A DNA stretch of 64,000 bases from Eledone cirrhosa (taxonomy: Eukaryota), in NCBI GenBank assembly GCA_964016885.1, contig OZ024740.1, positions 117,552,001 to 117,616,000 of the forward strand, written 5' to 3'. This document shows, piece by piece, positions 12,165 to 25,620 of the stretch; position 1 is the first letter of the stretch, and the number at the start of each line of letters is the position of its first letter. Under the pieces are notes generated by a model, which was given only the letters and a program-made list of their open reading frames with translations, did no database searches and was not told the origin of the DNA. A program made the translations under genes and the position numbers.

Positions 12165-15100
12165 CGACTGGAACGTGACAACCTTTACAGGTAAGGAGTA
12201 GAAAGAAACAGAGAGGCCGAATGCTACTGGCTAGATATATGTGGTGTTTCCCCAACAAGATTCCGTGGCTCTTGTACTCTGGATTTTGATGAAAGATGGA
12301 AACTCTACTATTCAGCTGGGGCGCCAGAAATGACAGCACAGATGGGAGTGGTGCTACTCGAAATTTCCTTTCTGATGGAATGTATTATGGCCTGGATCCC
12401 TTTGCCTCAAGGAGCTTAGGCTGAAAGACTGGTCTCTGTGGATGGTGCATATTTATGCACCAAAGAGGGTCTGAACACAAATTCTTCCTTGATGAAATCA
12501 CTGCAACATTAGATATGTTGGTGTCATGGTGAAATGCATGTAGTATACTCTATATAGTGGTAAAATACACGCAGTAAACTATCTAAAGTGTTAGTGTTGG
12601 TGTCATGGTAAAATACACGTAGTAAACTCTGTAAAGTGGTAATGTTGGTGTTATGATAAAATATACCCCGTACACTCTGTAATGTGGTAGTGTTGGTGTC
12701 ATGATAAATTACACCCAGTATACTTTGTAATGTAGTAGTGTTGGTGTCATGATAAAATTCCCCCTGTACACTCTGTAATGTGGTAGTGTTGCTGTCATGA
12801 TAGACTACACCCAGTACACTCTGTAAATTGGTAGTGTTATTGTCATGATAGTCTACAACCAGTACAGTCTGTAAAGTGGTAATGTTGGTGTTATGATAAC
12901 ATATACCCAGTACACTCTGTAATCTGGTAGTTTTGATGTGATGATGAAATACACCCAGTACAGTCTGTAAAGTGGTAGTGTTGGTGTCATGGCAAAATAC
13001 ACCCAGTACACTCTGTAAAGTGGTAGTGGTAGTGTCATAATAAAATACAGCCAGTACACTCTGTAATTTTTTAGTGTTGGTGTCATGATAAAATACACCC
13101 TGTACACTCTGTATAGTGGTAAAATATACGTAGTTAACTCTCTAAAGTGTTAGTGTTGGTGGCATGGTAAAATACACGTAGTAAACTCTGTAAAGATGCA
13201 GTGTTTGTGTCATGATAAAATACACCCAGCACACTTTGTAATGTGGTAGTGGTAGTGTCATGATAAAATACACCCTATACAGTGTTTGTGTCATGATAAA
13301 AAAACACCCAGTACACTCTGTAATGTGGTAGTGGTAGTGTCATAATAAAATACACCCTATACACTCTGTAAAGTGGTAGTGTTTGTGTCATGATAAAATA
13401 CAGCAAGTAGACTCTATAAAGTGGTAGTGTTGGTGGCAAGATAAAATACACCCAGTACACTCTGAAAAGTGGTTGTATTGGTGTTACAATAAAATACACC
13501 CAGTACACTCTGTAAAGTGTTAGTGTTGATGTCATGATAGACTACAATCAGTACAGTCTGTAAAGTAGTAGAGGGTATGTCATGATAAAATACACACAGT
13601 ACAATCTGTAATGTGGTAGTGGTAGTGTTATAATAAAGTACACCCAGTACACTCTGTAAAGTGGTAGTTGTGGAATCATGATAAAATTCACCCTGTACAC
13701 TCTGTAATGTGGTAGTGTTGGTGTCATTATAAACTACACCCAGAACACTCTGTAATGTGGTAGTTTTGGTGTCATGATAAAATATACCAAGTACACTCTG
13801 TAATGAGGTAGTGTTACTGTCATGATAAAATACACTCAGCACACTCTGTAAAGTGGTTTTATTGGTGTTACAATAAATTATACCTAGTACACTCTGTAAA
13901 GTGGTAGTGTTGATGTCATGATAGACTACACCCAGTACAATCTGTAAAGTAGTAGAAGTGCTGTCATGATAAAATACACCCAGTACACTCTGTAAAGTAG
14001 TAGAGCTGATGTCATAATAAAATACACCCTGTACACTCTGTATAGTTGTAAAATACACGCTGTAAACTCTGTAAAGTGGTAGTCTTAGTGTCATGTTAAA
14101 ATACACTCAATACACTCTGTAAAGTGGTAGTGTTGGTGTCATGATAGACTACAACCAGTACAGCCTGTGAAGTGGTAATGCTGGTGTTATGATAAAATAC
14201 ACCCAGTACACTCTGTAATGTAGTAGTATCGGTGTCATGATAAAATACACCCAGTACACTCAATAAAGTGGTAGTGTTGGTGGCATGATAAAATACACCC
14301 AGTCCACTCTGTAATGTAGTAGTGTCGGTGTCACGATAACATACACGCAGTACACTCTGTAAAGAGCTAGTGTTGGTGGCATGATGAAATAAACCCTCTA
14401 CAATCTGTAATGTGGTAGTGGTAGTTATATATCCTAATGGTAGACTTCAATGCACATGTTGGTACTGAACACCTGACATGGATAGGAATGACTGGAAAGT
14501 ACGGTATTTTTGTTTAAATACTTATTAGACTTCATGAACAACTTCTTCCAGCACAAATACATTCATAAATACTCATGGTTTAAGGGAAGCCGAGGACAGA
14601 TTTTGTTATTAACTCTGATGTTTTCGATTCAGTTTTAGATGTTGGTGTTAAGAGAGAGGCTGTGCTGCCAACTGTTCATCATTTAGTTACATGCAATCTG
14701 CGACTACCTAAAGCCAAGAAAACCCACAAAACTGGCAGGTCCATTTCGACCCAGAGGATAATGTAAGAAGCGTTAGCAGATAAGAAACCAGTATCAGGTA
14801 TGCAGATGCTATTTATTGCATCCAAACTCAGAGAACTCTCTGAGCATACCGAGTACATTGATATGGGGTTTAGACTATTCAGCTTCTGCTTCACCTGTTA
14901 AATGATGCGGGGGAAAAGTGGCTTGGTGGGGAGTTGGTTGGCAGGAGGTCCCTTAGGTTAAATCAAGAGGTCAAAGATATCATCCGAATAAAGGAGGCTT
15001 ACACTGCTAGACTTAGAAATAAGTTCACTTTCTTGAACCTGCAACTGAAGCAGGTGCAAAAACTCGCTGCGGAGACAGAAGAGCGTCCAAAATAGAGACA

Positions 15101-16190
15101 TGTGAGGACTTTGTGGTTTAGCTGGAATCCGACGTCAGATCAGCAAGTATTCTGAGAGACCATCTGCCGACTTCGAAATAAGAGGTTCTCCTCCATGCCT
15201 GCTATCGGGGACGCACCGGGGCCTCTCCTATCTTAGTAGAGGTGGAGACAATACTTTGCTGAATTGATAAACCCAATCACAACATCTTCTGATGTACATG
15301 ATGTGCATCTGAGGGTGATGACTAAACTCTCGGAGATTGTTAAAAAACTCAAATGTGACAACGTCACTGGAGGATGAAATTCGGTAGTAGATGTTAAAAG
15401 CCTTAAATAGAGGAAGTACTTTCTGGCTGACTCGTATATGCCGGATGATCAGGATTTCTTAAAATGCACATCAGCAATGGCAATCGGGAGCGATCAACCC
15501 AATTTTCAAAAAGAGAGACAAGATAGATTGCTCTAATTATAGAGAAATTACCTTGTTAAGCCTACCCAGTAAAGTCTATGCTAAATGTCTTGTAAAGAGA
15601 TGTATGTAGGGATATTATCACGTCCAAGTTAGATGACAAATGCTGGTTGTCGCCCCGGACGTAATATCCACACATCGGCAGGTCTTAGAGAAATCCTGGG
15701 ATTACTGACAAAATGTGTATGCTTGTTTCGTATAACTTGAAAAGACATATGACCGTGTTGTGGAATGTTCTGCAAGCGTATGGGATCGATGGACAGCTTC
15801 ATGCTGCCCTGATATCTCTCTACGAATGCCCTCATATTTGTGATAGGATAAACGGGCCTAAGTCAAAACTATCCAATGTAAGTGTGCGTTCTGTCACATC
15901 TCCTGTTCATAATCTTCACGAACTGACTGACACGCGCAGCCAGATTGGTAATGGTATTAAGACTGACGGATGTAGGATGGATTGCCTGGAATTTGAAAAC
16001 GACATGGTATTACTTAACTCGTCGGAAAGTGATCTCCGACATGCTTTTGATAAGTTTGCTGCCGACTGTTGCACAACAGAAATGAAAATCAGTGCTGCGA
16101 TGACTAAGACACTAGTCATCCCAAGAAGGCCAGCGCAGTGCACTCTACATAGGATTGGAATTCCACTGAATCAGGGGAGAAGTATCATAC
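12165..16190 (+). pseudogene. Decayed RTE-type LINE (APE endonuclease + RT) split by a minisatellite
   Basis: Endonuclease-like WLDICGVS..WKLYYS..YAP (12230-12470); ILMVDFNAHVG (14430); NYREITLLSLPSKVYAKC (15535); degenerate RT catalytic region LEFENDMVLL (ORF 15713). Confidence 0.8.
12515..14425. repeat. 48-bp minisatellite, roughly 40 diverged units
   Basis: Consensus gtggtagtgttggtgtcatgataaaatacacccagtacactctgtaaa. Confidence 0.95.
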
Positions 16191-17794
16191 ATATTAACTT
16201 ACAAAACTAATATATATATTCATATATTACATAATCACTTATAGTGGTGTGTTTGTAATCATATTGTAGAGGGTTCTGCTGTGTGTGGAGGGTGGTGGTG
16301 GTTGGGTCCTTAAGGCTAGATATTATGTTTCACATATGAATTTTGGTGTGTGGACAACTACAAAAATACTATAACTTGCCTTTTATTACGTCTTTTATGT
16401 GAATTATATTTTTCAGATGTAGGTCACATGTCCAAGCATGTGGCTTCGAATTACATTATTTTCAGACAGGTTTTGGCAAGATTTCTGTGTATCAATTTCT
16501 AATATATTTAATCCCTGCTGACTTTGTGTAACCTCTTAATCTAAGGTGCAGATGAGGAAACTAAATCTTTGTTTTGCTTTCGTGGATTCGCTCTCATTGT
16601 TTTGATAACACCATTCTTGTGGTCTACTGGGTTTTAATTCTGACTAGAGTCACTTCTAGTCAGTTTTGCAAAGACGGTATTTCTGAATTAACTCACGCAT
16701 ACTACATATTTTCTTACAACACAAAGTGAGGTACCAGTTTTAGAAATCTCTTTGAATTGTCTAAATGAACAAAATATATTATCACTGTTTTACTACACTT
16801 AATAATAATCATATATACATCAGAGGTTCGCTTCCTATAATTCGATATATTTTCTAAGTAAATTATTATTTAAAAAATTGAGAAATAAGTATATTTTACA
16901 TGCATACATAACTATACTCTGTTGGACTTCTGTGGTCCGCAACGACAAGTAATCCGGTTGTTTTATGAACGATGCAGCCGACTAGAGTGTAACAAAGATA
17001 AACCCCTTTGAATGACATATACATCTCACTGTTGCCAGCTAAATGGACTGAAGAAACCAGTAATATAGTATTTTGTTCAAGAACACAAAATATTTATATA
17101 TACATCGATGTGGTCATGGTTTATCTTGTACTACATAAGTACAAATATGTATTTATCATATATTTCCGTTGCTTAGAATGCAATTTAATATATACTAAAA
17201 TTATATATTTAAAATAGATTTTTGATATAGATATATTTAGAATTTACTGAATCTTAGACAAGCAATAACTAGGAGTCTATTTTGAAAAATAAAACAAAAC
17301 CATATTTAATAATATACACTCGATCTCCACGATTTTGGTGGAGTAACGTATATTTTAAAAGCATGAAATAATTGCTATGCATTATTCTCACCCAATTGTT
17401 TTTTATTTCAGTTATACCGACCCTCACTCAATTGTATTTCTGTAAATATTTGAGACAACAGCTGCCTTCAAATTCATCTTCATTACTCTAATACTTTGTT
17501 TAGGAGTCAAAGGTTTGTATGTTCACCTCACTTTTTTTCGTTCAAGCTGGTAAATAACAAAGGTTGAGAAAGAAAATAAGTACTTTGAAAATAAGTACTT
17601 TGAAAGTTCGTGTATAAGAAACAAATTTCTTTACAATAACAATAATAATGATAAAGGAAAAGAGAAACAGCTGAAATATTGTCAAACTATCACGAAAAAC
17701 AATAAGTAACGTGAAAAGTATCAGCAGAAGTTTAAAGCGTTAAGACTACTCGCAACAACTACAAGAACATGAATGATTGTAAAATAAGCAGTTC

Positions 17795-18410
17795 TGATTT
17801 AGGCACAAGGCTAAGAATTTTGAGGAGGGGAATGTCGATTAAATCTACCTGAATGTTTTATTTTATCGACTGCGAAATGATTAAAAGCAAAGTTGGCCTC
17901 CATGGGATTTGAACTTAGAACAAAAAGTAGTGAGAACTAATAACTCACAACATTTTGTCCGATGATCTAACGATTCTGCTAATTTTAATATAATAACAGT
18001 ATCTGTGATAATTACAACAGCCATAACAGCGGTGACAATAATTTAAAAAAAAGATATAACAATATAAACTATCACACAACGGTAACATACTTCCAAATAT
18101 AAATCCTGTTTAAATGTTGTCCTATAGCCTATGGGTATGGTCCCGTAACTTCTGATAGAGTCATAGGGACGTAGTATTGACATGCCACGTTTCTTGGGCA
18201 TTTTAAGCCTGGCGGAGCCCATCCCTCTCCAGGCCAGATGACAACAGATTTCTTCCTGAGAGACGAAGAATTATCCCCAGTGCTAGACTGGTACTTTTTT
18301 ATGGACCTCGAAAGGATGAAAGGCAAAGTTGACCTCGGCAGGATTTGAACTCGGAGAGCAGAGAGCCCGAACGAATACCATAAAGCATTCTATCTGACGT
18401 TCTGACGACT
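17795..18410 (-). mobile_element. Two older SINE copies (~17795-17985 and ~18270-18410)
   Basis: aggatgaaaggcaaagttgacctcggcaggatttgaactc core. Confidence 0.75.
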
Positions 18411-18550
18411 CCTATACTCTGTATCAAAACAACAACAATAAACTCTATAGTAAAAACTTTCTATCCAAATGCATTCACACACACACATATATATATACAT
18501 ACATACATACATACATACATACACACACACATATATATATATATGCATAC

Positions 18551-18597
<47 letters not shown>

Positions 18598-18641
18598 ACG
18601 ATATTAACAAATGGAAACTATATTTATAAAACCATATTTAT

Positions 18642-18700
18642 TTCATTATATATATTTCAAGGACACCAAGTTAAATTATGGTGTGCTTTCATCAGATAAA
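18642..18700 (-). ncRNA. Minimal type-I hammerhead ribozyme motif
   Basis: Reverse complement: tttat-CTGATGA-aagcacacca(taatttaact)tggtgtcctt-GAAA-tatata-TA-atgaa; palindromic helix III. Confidence 0.75.
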
Positions 18701-18794
18701 ATATAATATAGAACAGTTTTATAAATAAATATTGACATACCCTTAAAGAATGCAACCATTACTGTTGGAAGCTCCCGGATAGTGGGGTTATAAC

Positions 18795-18825
<31 letters not shown>

Positions 18826-18928
18826 GCATACATAATATATATATATATATACGAGCGGGGATTGTCTGCGTAATCTCTATATCCTTTTCTGTATTAGTGT
18901 AACTATTAATATATATATATATATATAT

Positions 18929-19078
18929 ATAGGAAAATGTATGACCCCGACGGCAGAGCTCAAACCGATTCGACCAGAAACGGCTTGAGCTCTGCCGTCG
19001 GAGTCATACATTTTCCTATTACCCACTCTACTACCCTAAGTATTGGTCCATCTGGTTCCTTACCACAACTCCTTCGTT
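18929..19078 (+). mobile_element. Family A hairpin insertion in (TA)n
   Basis: Arms 18929-18973 and 18977-19019; family A tail. Confidence 0.8.
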
Positions 19079-19094
19079 ATATATATATATATAT

Positions 19095-19510
19095 ATAAAA
19101 TAAAGTAAAATAAATAAGTCAAATGTTTAAAATTTAGCTTCGTTTATTACTGCTATATATATTTCGGTGACAGCCATCTTTGGCTGTGACCTCTTCAGGC
19201 AGTCTGAATTAGTGTGGTAAAGACAAGTACATAGACAAGTACTTGTTGAGGTGTATAATTTTGTCACCTCAACAACATATGTACTTATCTATACCACACT
19301 AATTCGGACTGCCTGAAGAGGTCACAGCCAAAGATAGCTGTCACCGAAATATATATGGCAGTAATAAACGAAGCTAAATTTTAAACATTTGACTTATTTA
19401 TTTTACTTTATTTTACATTACTCCGGAGTAACCAAACCAACCTGCGCACTTCGTCGAGTGCTCCAGCCTGCATACTGATGTATTGGTATACAACCAACAT
19501 ATACTCAAAA
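19095..19510 (+). mobile_element. Hairpin PLE pseudo-LTR insertion (family B) with two inverted HHRs
   Basis: Arms ~19097-19250 and ~19266-19414; tail shared with 51487-51570; HHRs at 19149-19203 (-, intact) and 19308-19362 (+, cleavage site UA>UG). Confidence 0.9.
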
Positions 19511-19515
19511 TCTCC

Positions 19516-19562
<47 letters not shown>

Positions 19563-21475
19563 ATAGAAGCACTAATACAGAAAAGGTTATAGAAATTACG
19601 CAGAGACAATACACCATCCCACCCCTCGTAACAGAGACCCAGACATGATATAGACAGACACTCGCACACATATGTGGATGTGTGTATGTCTGTTGTGTCA
19701 ATATATGTACGTTCTCTTCCTTTACTCATTGGAAACTTTTAAGCAGTCATGACAGTTTGTTGTTAGTGATCTGTCTTCAGTTTGAAATAATGTTTGTCGA
19801 TGGAGACAAGTGCCATCATTGCCACTTTCGTCTCCCACTGTTCCCTCTATCATTGCAGGCTTTATATACATTTTTTGTTTTCTTATTTCTTTAATGCCTG
19901 CCTACAGAACTATCTCTATCAGTCTTTCTTTACTTTTTCTCTTCTTTCTATTTATCTCTTTCTCACATCTATTCTTAACACTTTTCTCTCAGTATATGTT
20001 GCATTCTTGTAAATAATATTTTTTTTCTCTTCATTTATTTTCCCCCTTACTTGGTTTCATCTTCAATTACTCCCTTCAGTCTTAAGATTCAACTTTCGCT
20101 TAATGATACCCGACTAGAAAACGGGGAATACACTTACATAATAATCAACTCGTTTCCTGTCGAGTTGTTTGTTTTGTTATATTTTCTTTCTTTCTATTGC
20201 AGGAAATAGTACATACAGCGTATTTGATGAAACATGTTCATTTATATAATTATATTATAATTATATTCAACTTAATGAATTTGTTATAAAATACATTGGA
20301 GATTCAGTTCTAAGGGAAATTTTTAAGCCACATACTTCAATATTATAAGTGCTAGGTAAACAAACTGGAACGATTTGCTGCATTCGAGATGAAACGTCAG
20401 AAACCTATTGGTTCTGATAGAAGTAAAGCACGACAAAGTATAGCTGTAGTATTAACTGAGGTTTTATTTCCTTTCATGTCATCTGAGAGCATGAACTACT
20501 CATGACATCATAGAATCTGATCCAGTGTGTATCTTAGTTTAATCAGCGATTGTCACTTTGGTAAAGATATGTAGGAAGGAGCTTATAGCTGAAAGTTTGT
20601 AATACTGATGGGGAGATTTTATCAAAAATAATATGCATTCTGAAGATTCACAAAATTCTTTTTACATTAAGGATACATTTTTCAGCTTTGGTTCTAAAAC
20701 AAAATGTCAAAAGCAATAATATCTCATCATACATCAAGTATTAACCCATCCACTGTCTTCTTCCTTCAAGTGAACGCTTTAACCCAAAAAGACAGTTAAT
20801 GCTGTAAGATTTAGGCTTATGGTAGATAATTTTATGAAGAAACGGGATCTAGAGATAAACAGTTTAGAAAAGTTGGATTATCGAATATCATAGTTGTCAA
20901 ATCCTGGTGAGACTAAATAATTTTCTTCTTTTACCCATATTTGCAAAATATATCTGTAACGCTTATTTTTCAACATATATGTATATTTATTACGTTTGCT
21001 TCAAAAGTAGTGTCATTAGTTATGTACATCAAAGTGGTGTAATAATAAAAAGGATGGAATGTCTAGCTAAATGTCTCGTAGTTTCCAATTACAGTCTTTG
21101 TATGTTCTCAGATAAAATCCTCAAGTGAAACTGAGAAGACTTTGTGTAATTGTGCTCTGTGTTTGTCATTTTTAAACATTAACTATATTTTAATACTTAT
21201 GCTGAATTCTTACTAATTGGAAACTGGATCTCTACCTAGCACCTATATATTCTAAATATCCACCCTTTGGATAACCCATGGATACTTACGGATTACTTAC
21301 GAATTGCCAACGAATTATTGGATTTTCTAAACTACGCTAGCACTGAACCAAACATAAACGACCTTCTTTCCTTTTTCCTTTCTTCTTTCTTTCTTTTTTT
21401 CCCCAATCCATTTCGTTTTCTCTTTCTTTCTTTCTATTTCAACCTGGCAATCTTCTCGCTCTCCTAATTTTTACT

Positions 21476-21514
21476 ATTTTCTGATGAAGGACTAACGTCC
21501 GATACGTTGAGAAA
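21476..21514 (+). ncRNA. Degenerate minimal HHR motif
   Basis: CTGATGA-aggac taac gtcc-GATA-cg-TT; homologous to 5221. Confidence 0.5.
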
Positions 21515-21779
21515 TACTTTTCTCTTCTCACAGGAGTGAAACTAATAGAATTGCGTAATTGCTCTCTATTTGTCTTCCTTTGTAAAATTGAACTATATAT
21601 ACATATTTCGACCATGAGTATTCCAGTTGTTCGATTAATGGAACAGCCTGATCGTGAAATTAATGTATAAGTGATAGAGAATTACACAACAACGTGTAAC
21701 CATAAAATAATTCTGAAGGAAACTTAGTGTGACACACTATGTGACATGGATAGTCATGTCAAGTACAGTCCATCGTAGA

Positions 21780-22520
21780 CCATAATAAGAGTGGCATGCT
21801 GCTGGCCAGGGAAGGCGCATGGAGATGATGCGGTCACTGTTGCTTGCTGGATGGTTTGGCGGCGATGGAGTCTCTAACCATGAAACCGACTCTTCCAGTA
21901 GAGTATGTAGCCTGCGCGATGTTCCCTCAGGCTACCCTCATCAAGAAGACAAACTTCACTGAGTGCTGCAACATCGTTGTCCAGTCTAAGGAGTTCGTGA
22001 ACGACTAAGGCTGAGAGGTGCAATGGATGGTTGCTATTCGCAATGTCAAGCAATGTTCTAATGTTCCTACATGCTATCATAAACATAAGCTTGGCTCCAG
22101 CTTTGATGGTGTTTGGGGTACGATCCTCTTCGTTAATATAGTAGGGACACAGTGAATATGCCCTCTGCTGACAGCGAACTAATTGGGTGTATTGCAGACA
22201 AGATTTTATGGGGCCACATTTTCTAGGCCCTCATTCGTGTGAAGCTGGTAGTACTATCCCTAAAAACAGCAGCCCGACGTTCAGGAAGCTGCTGGGTTAT
22301 GCCGTTATTACCGAGTTAACATCAGTCTGACGAGCCCCACCTGTCTAGAGTTGCCTGGTTTTGCGGCGGTAGAGACTTGACCTTCACCCCTCTGCTATCT
22401 GTTTTAATCAGTAGTTGGCACGGGAAGCCAAACAGTAGGAGATTCTTCAGGAGTGGCTGTTGCAGACGCTATTCAGAGGGCATTTGGTCAGTGACTGTTG
22501 ACTCTAATTCTCTGCCCTCG
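21780..22520 (-). pseudogene. 5' part of an RTE-type LINE (5'UTR + endonuclease N-terminus)
   Basis: ORF 21874-22086: IACRNIRTLLD...ALVVHELLRLDNDVAALSEV...GSLREHRAGYILYW. Confidence 0.8.
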
Positions 22521-25094
22521 CTATTGTTGATGTTGATGTTGGTGCTGCTGTTGTCGCCGTAGGCGTGGGTGTGTGTGTTTTTTTTAGCAGGTGGAGCAAC
22601 AGTCCTTCTGGCTTTTCTTCTTGCTGTTATCGGTGTTGCTGTTGCTGTTGTTGCAGCTGGCTAATGGAAACTAGCACCAGACCCAATGAAAGAAGGAGAT
22701 ATCGCTCATAGCTGACCACGCCAGACTGAACTCCTAATAAACCATACCCCAGACAATATATACACAAAAAAGGTGCCCACACAGAGACACAAACACACAC
22801 ATATACAAGCGTCTACACACCCGCTTAAAATGACGGGAAAAGATAGTAAACAGGAAATGCCTGTATGTGTATATATATCAATAGAAGGCTGCTGCTTAGA
22901 GAAGTGTATTGTTTTTAGCTGAATCACACAATGAAGTCGAGTCCATCACATCCACACGGCGTTTGAGCCAATAATTTGTATATAGTATGTAATGATCGGT
23001 GATAAATAAAAACGTTCAAAGTGAAATATTGTCGCGTTAAACTAAAATAATTACTCTGCTATAACATGGACTACTCCTATGGGTACTAACTCCAGTAATC
23101 AACAGAATTACCGAACCCAAACTATATATATATATATGTATATATACGCGCAATATATGCACATACACTCAAACTCCCACATATATACATATATGCATAT
23201 TATACACACACATATATCGCTTTCACTCTCTTTCTAATATATACGTATATATATATATATATATATATATAAATTCTAGAAATCCTATAGCATTGCAAAA
23301 CATTCACACGAAATTTGTGAAAGGAAAATAAAAAATATCCTTTTCCTTGGGGTAACCATAACTGAGAACAAGCTGGTATATACTAAAATCTCTATATAGA
23401 ATTGGGTTTCGGAAAACGGAAGTATTAGACATAATTAGTCCAATTGATTCTCCGATTACAAACTTCAATCTCTGAATATACTAATAGTAGCTTCTGCTAT
23501 ATATATGTTTTTTTTTTTCATATTTCTCTCTCTTATAGTTTGGAAATATATAGGGCGTAGTTTTTGGTTTTATTTGATTAGAGAGGAAAGCCCCGCTAAT
23601 TCAAGTGATCAGTGGGTGAGAAAAACTTTCGTTGCATTTCTGTTCTTTCGTTAGAGTTAGCCGCACAACATTGACTTCAATTTAGAGAGAAATCACGTCA
23701 CACGCTCACCACATCGAAAATTAACCCCTTCTATCCACAATTATGTCGTTGTTTAGAAACCCGTTACCCCCCCCCCCCCCCCAATAAAAATAAATAGAAA
23801 TAAAAACAAACAAACAAATAAATAAATGAAAATAAATAAAATGAAAAACAACTATTTCACGCCTTTCGTGTTGCGAATGCTCATAGTATTTGCTTTTTCT
23901 GTGAAATATAAGGTCGAATATCTTTTGAATTGCTTAGTTAAAGGAGGATGGGCAGTATCAATGACTGTTCCTGGATACTGGGGTGAGTAAAGGAGAAAGT
24001 TATCCTCCTGATCAGCTCCGAATATTTACACCAGAATGAATTAAAAGCACACAAAAAGGCAACTGATTATATGGTACATAGAGACGGATTAAGCCTTAAG
24101 AATAGCATTGGTCACCCTTACAAATTCCATACAGTCTCCGTTTACCTAATGTTACTCAGAATGATGTGGCCGACCCGAAGCTATATTAGAAAACAATTGC
24201 ATAAGGTGCAACGCAGTGGTATCGAATCTAATCTTCTTAATTACAAGGACATGCTTTCAACCATGGAACTAATAAAAGAAAAAATATATTTCTACTAAAG
24301 GTTGAAAGTCAGCAAAGTTGTGGAAGGGAATGTCGCTTAAATTGACCTCAGTACCTGAATGGTACTGTATCGATCTTGTAAAGATGAAAAATTGATCTCG
24401 GTAGGGTTTGAACTTAGAGAATAAATAATAACATTGAACTATGAAAGCGATATTTTAAATCACCAATGGGAAGGAATTCATTTACATGTTAATTTGTTAT
24501 ACTTGCATAAAACCTGTGCATTTTTATGACAGGGAAAATTAGAAGCTATGGTGTTCATAACCTGGCTGTGGTAGAACGTACATTAAGTAAATTCAAAACG
24601 GATTCAAAACCGGAAAATTGACTCGGTTCGTTGTCCCAGTGATACTGTATGAGAACGATCAAGACATTCGTTATGAAAACAAGAAATGATGTAATATCAG
24701 ACACCCATGTAAATGAGAAGCATGTGATGTAGTGCATATAATTATTAGATATTATGTGTATGTGGACACATGCATGGCTGATTTGTTAAGAAATTCGCTT
24801 TGCAGTTATGAGGTTCCGCGTTCTCTTCCGCTATATATCATCGTGGGAAACTTTCGTCACCATAACCTAGGGACGGAATCTGTGTATAATCCCGTCGAAT
24901 GGATTGTACCTGTAATTCAATGGACCAGCCTTGCCACATATCGTGTCACTCCCATTTGGCTTAGAAATTCTGTTAATTCCACAACTTACACGTTAATTCA
25001 TGTGCTGGATGTTCAGTTGCTCGAATAACTAAATGCTTATCCACGAAACAGATGGGGGATACATCATTATATATATATGATTAATTAGAGTTCG

Positions 25095-25620
25095 ATCTGT
25101 ACACACTTTCATGCCGCCAGAGAGCAGGCCGATTACCCCCACATGCCGTTCTCAATGACATAATGAGAAGGAGCCTCGACGCAGCCGGCTTCCCGTCACG
25201 ACTGGAGCCAGCAGGCATCGAGCGTAGAGACAGCAAGCGCCCCGACGGAATTGCCCTCTTCTCTTTCGATGAAGGTATATCTCTCATCTTGGAAGTGATA
25301 TACTGTGACATGTTCTCCACCTCTAGCTTAGTCACCTCCGCCACAAATCCCGGTGCTGCGACCCGCAATGCTGAGGTCAAGAAGACAAGTACATACGGGG
25401 ACTTGCCCGAGCGCTTCCTCTTTGCATTGGCCGCCGTTGAGACCTCAGGCGTCCTCGGACCCCGGAAAACTGACCTCCTCCTTAAAATCGGATCGACAGC
25501 AGCCCATCTGAGGAAGAAGCTCCGCCTGGTAGGGTAACTGTTGCAGTGGATGTCACTGGCCATTGTCCGCAGAAATGCCTTTCCCATTTAGTCCGTGGAG
25601 CGCAGCCGAAACACCGCTCT
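25095..25620 (+). pseudogene. C-terminal restriction-like endonuclease fragment of an RLE non-LTR retroelement (CRE/HERO-like)
   Basis: HAVLNDIMRRSLDAAGFPSRLEPAG..DSKRPDGIAL..FALAAVETSGVLG (RPDG and E-T-x-G motifs). Confidence 0.8.

Noticed and set aside
12853-14106. Periodic ORFs (YRVYWVYF.., TTTLQSVLGV..) and CRISPR-like regularity
   Set aside because: Frames of a 48-bp minisatellite; no unique spacers, eukaryotic context
20385-20425. GAAAcgTCagaa..ttCTGATAG resembling a type-II hammerhead
   Set aside because: Core is not CUGANGA, no helix II, single copy
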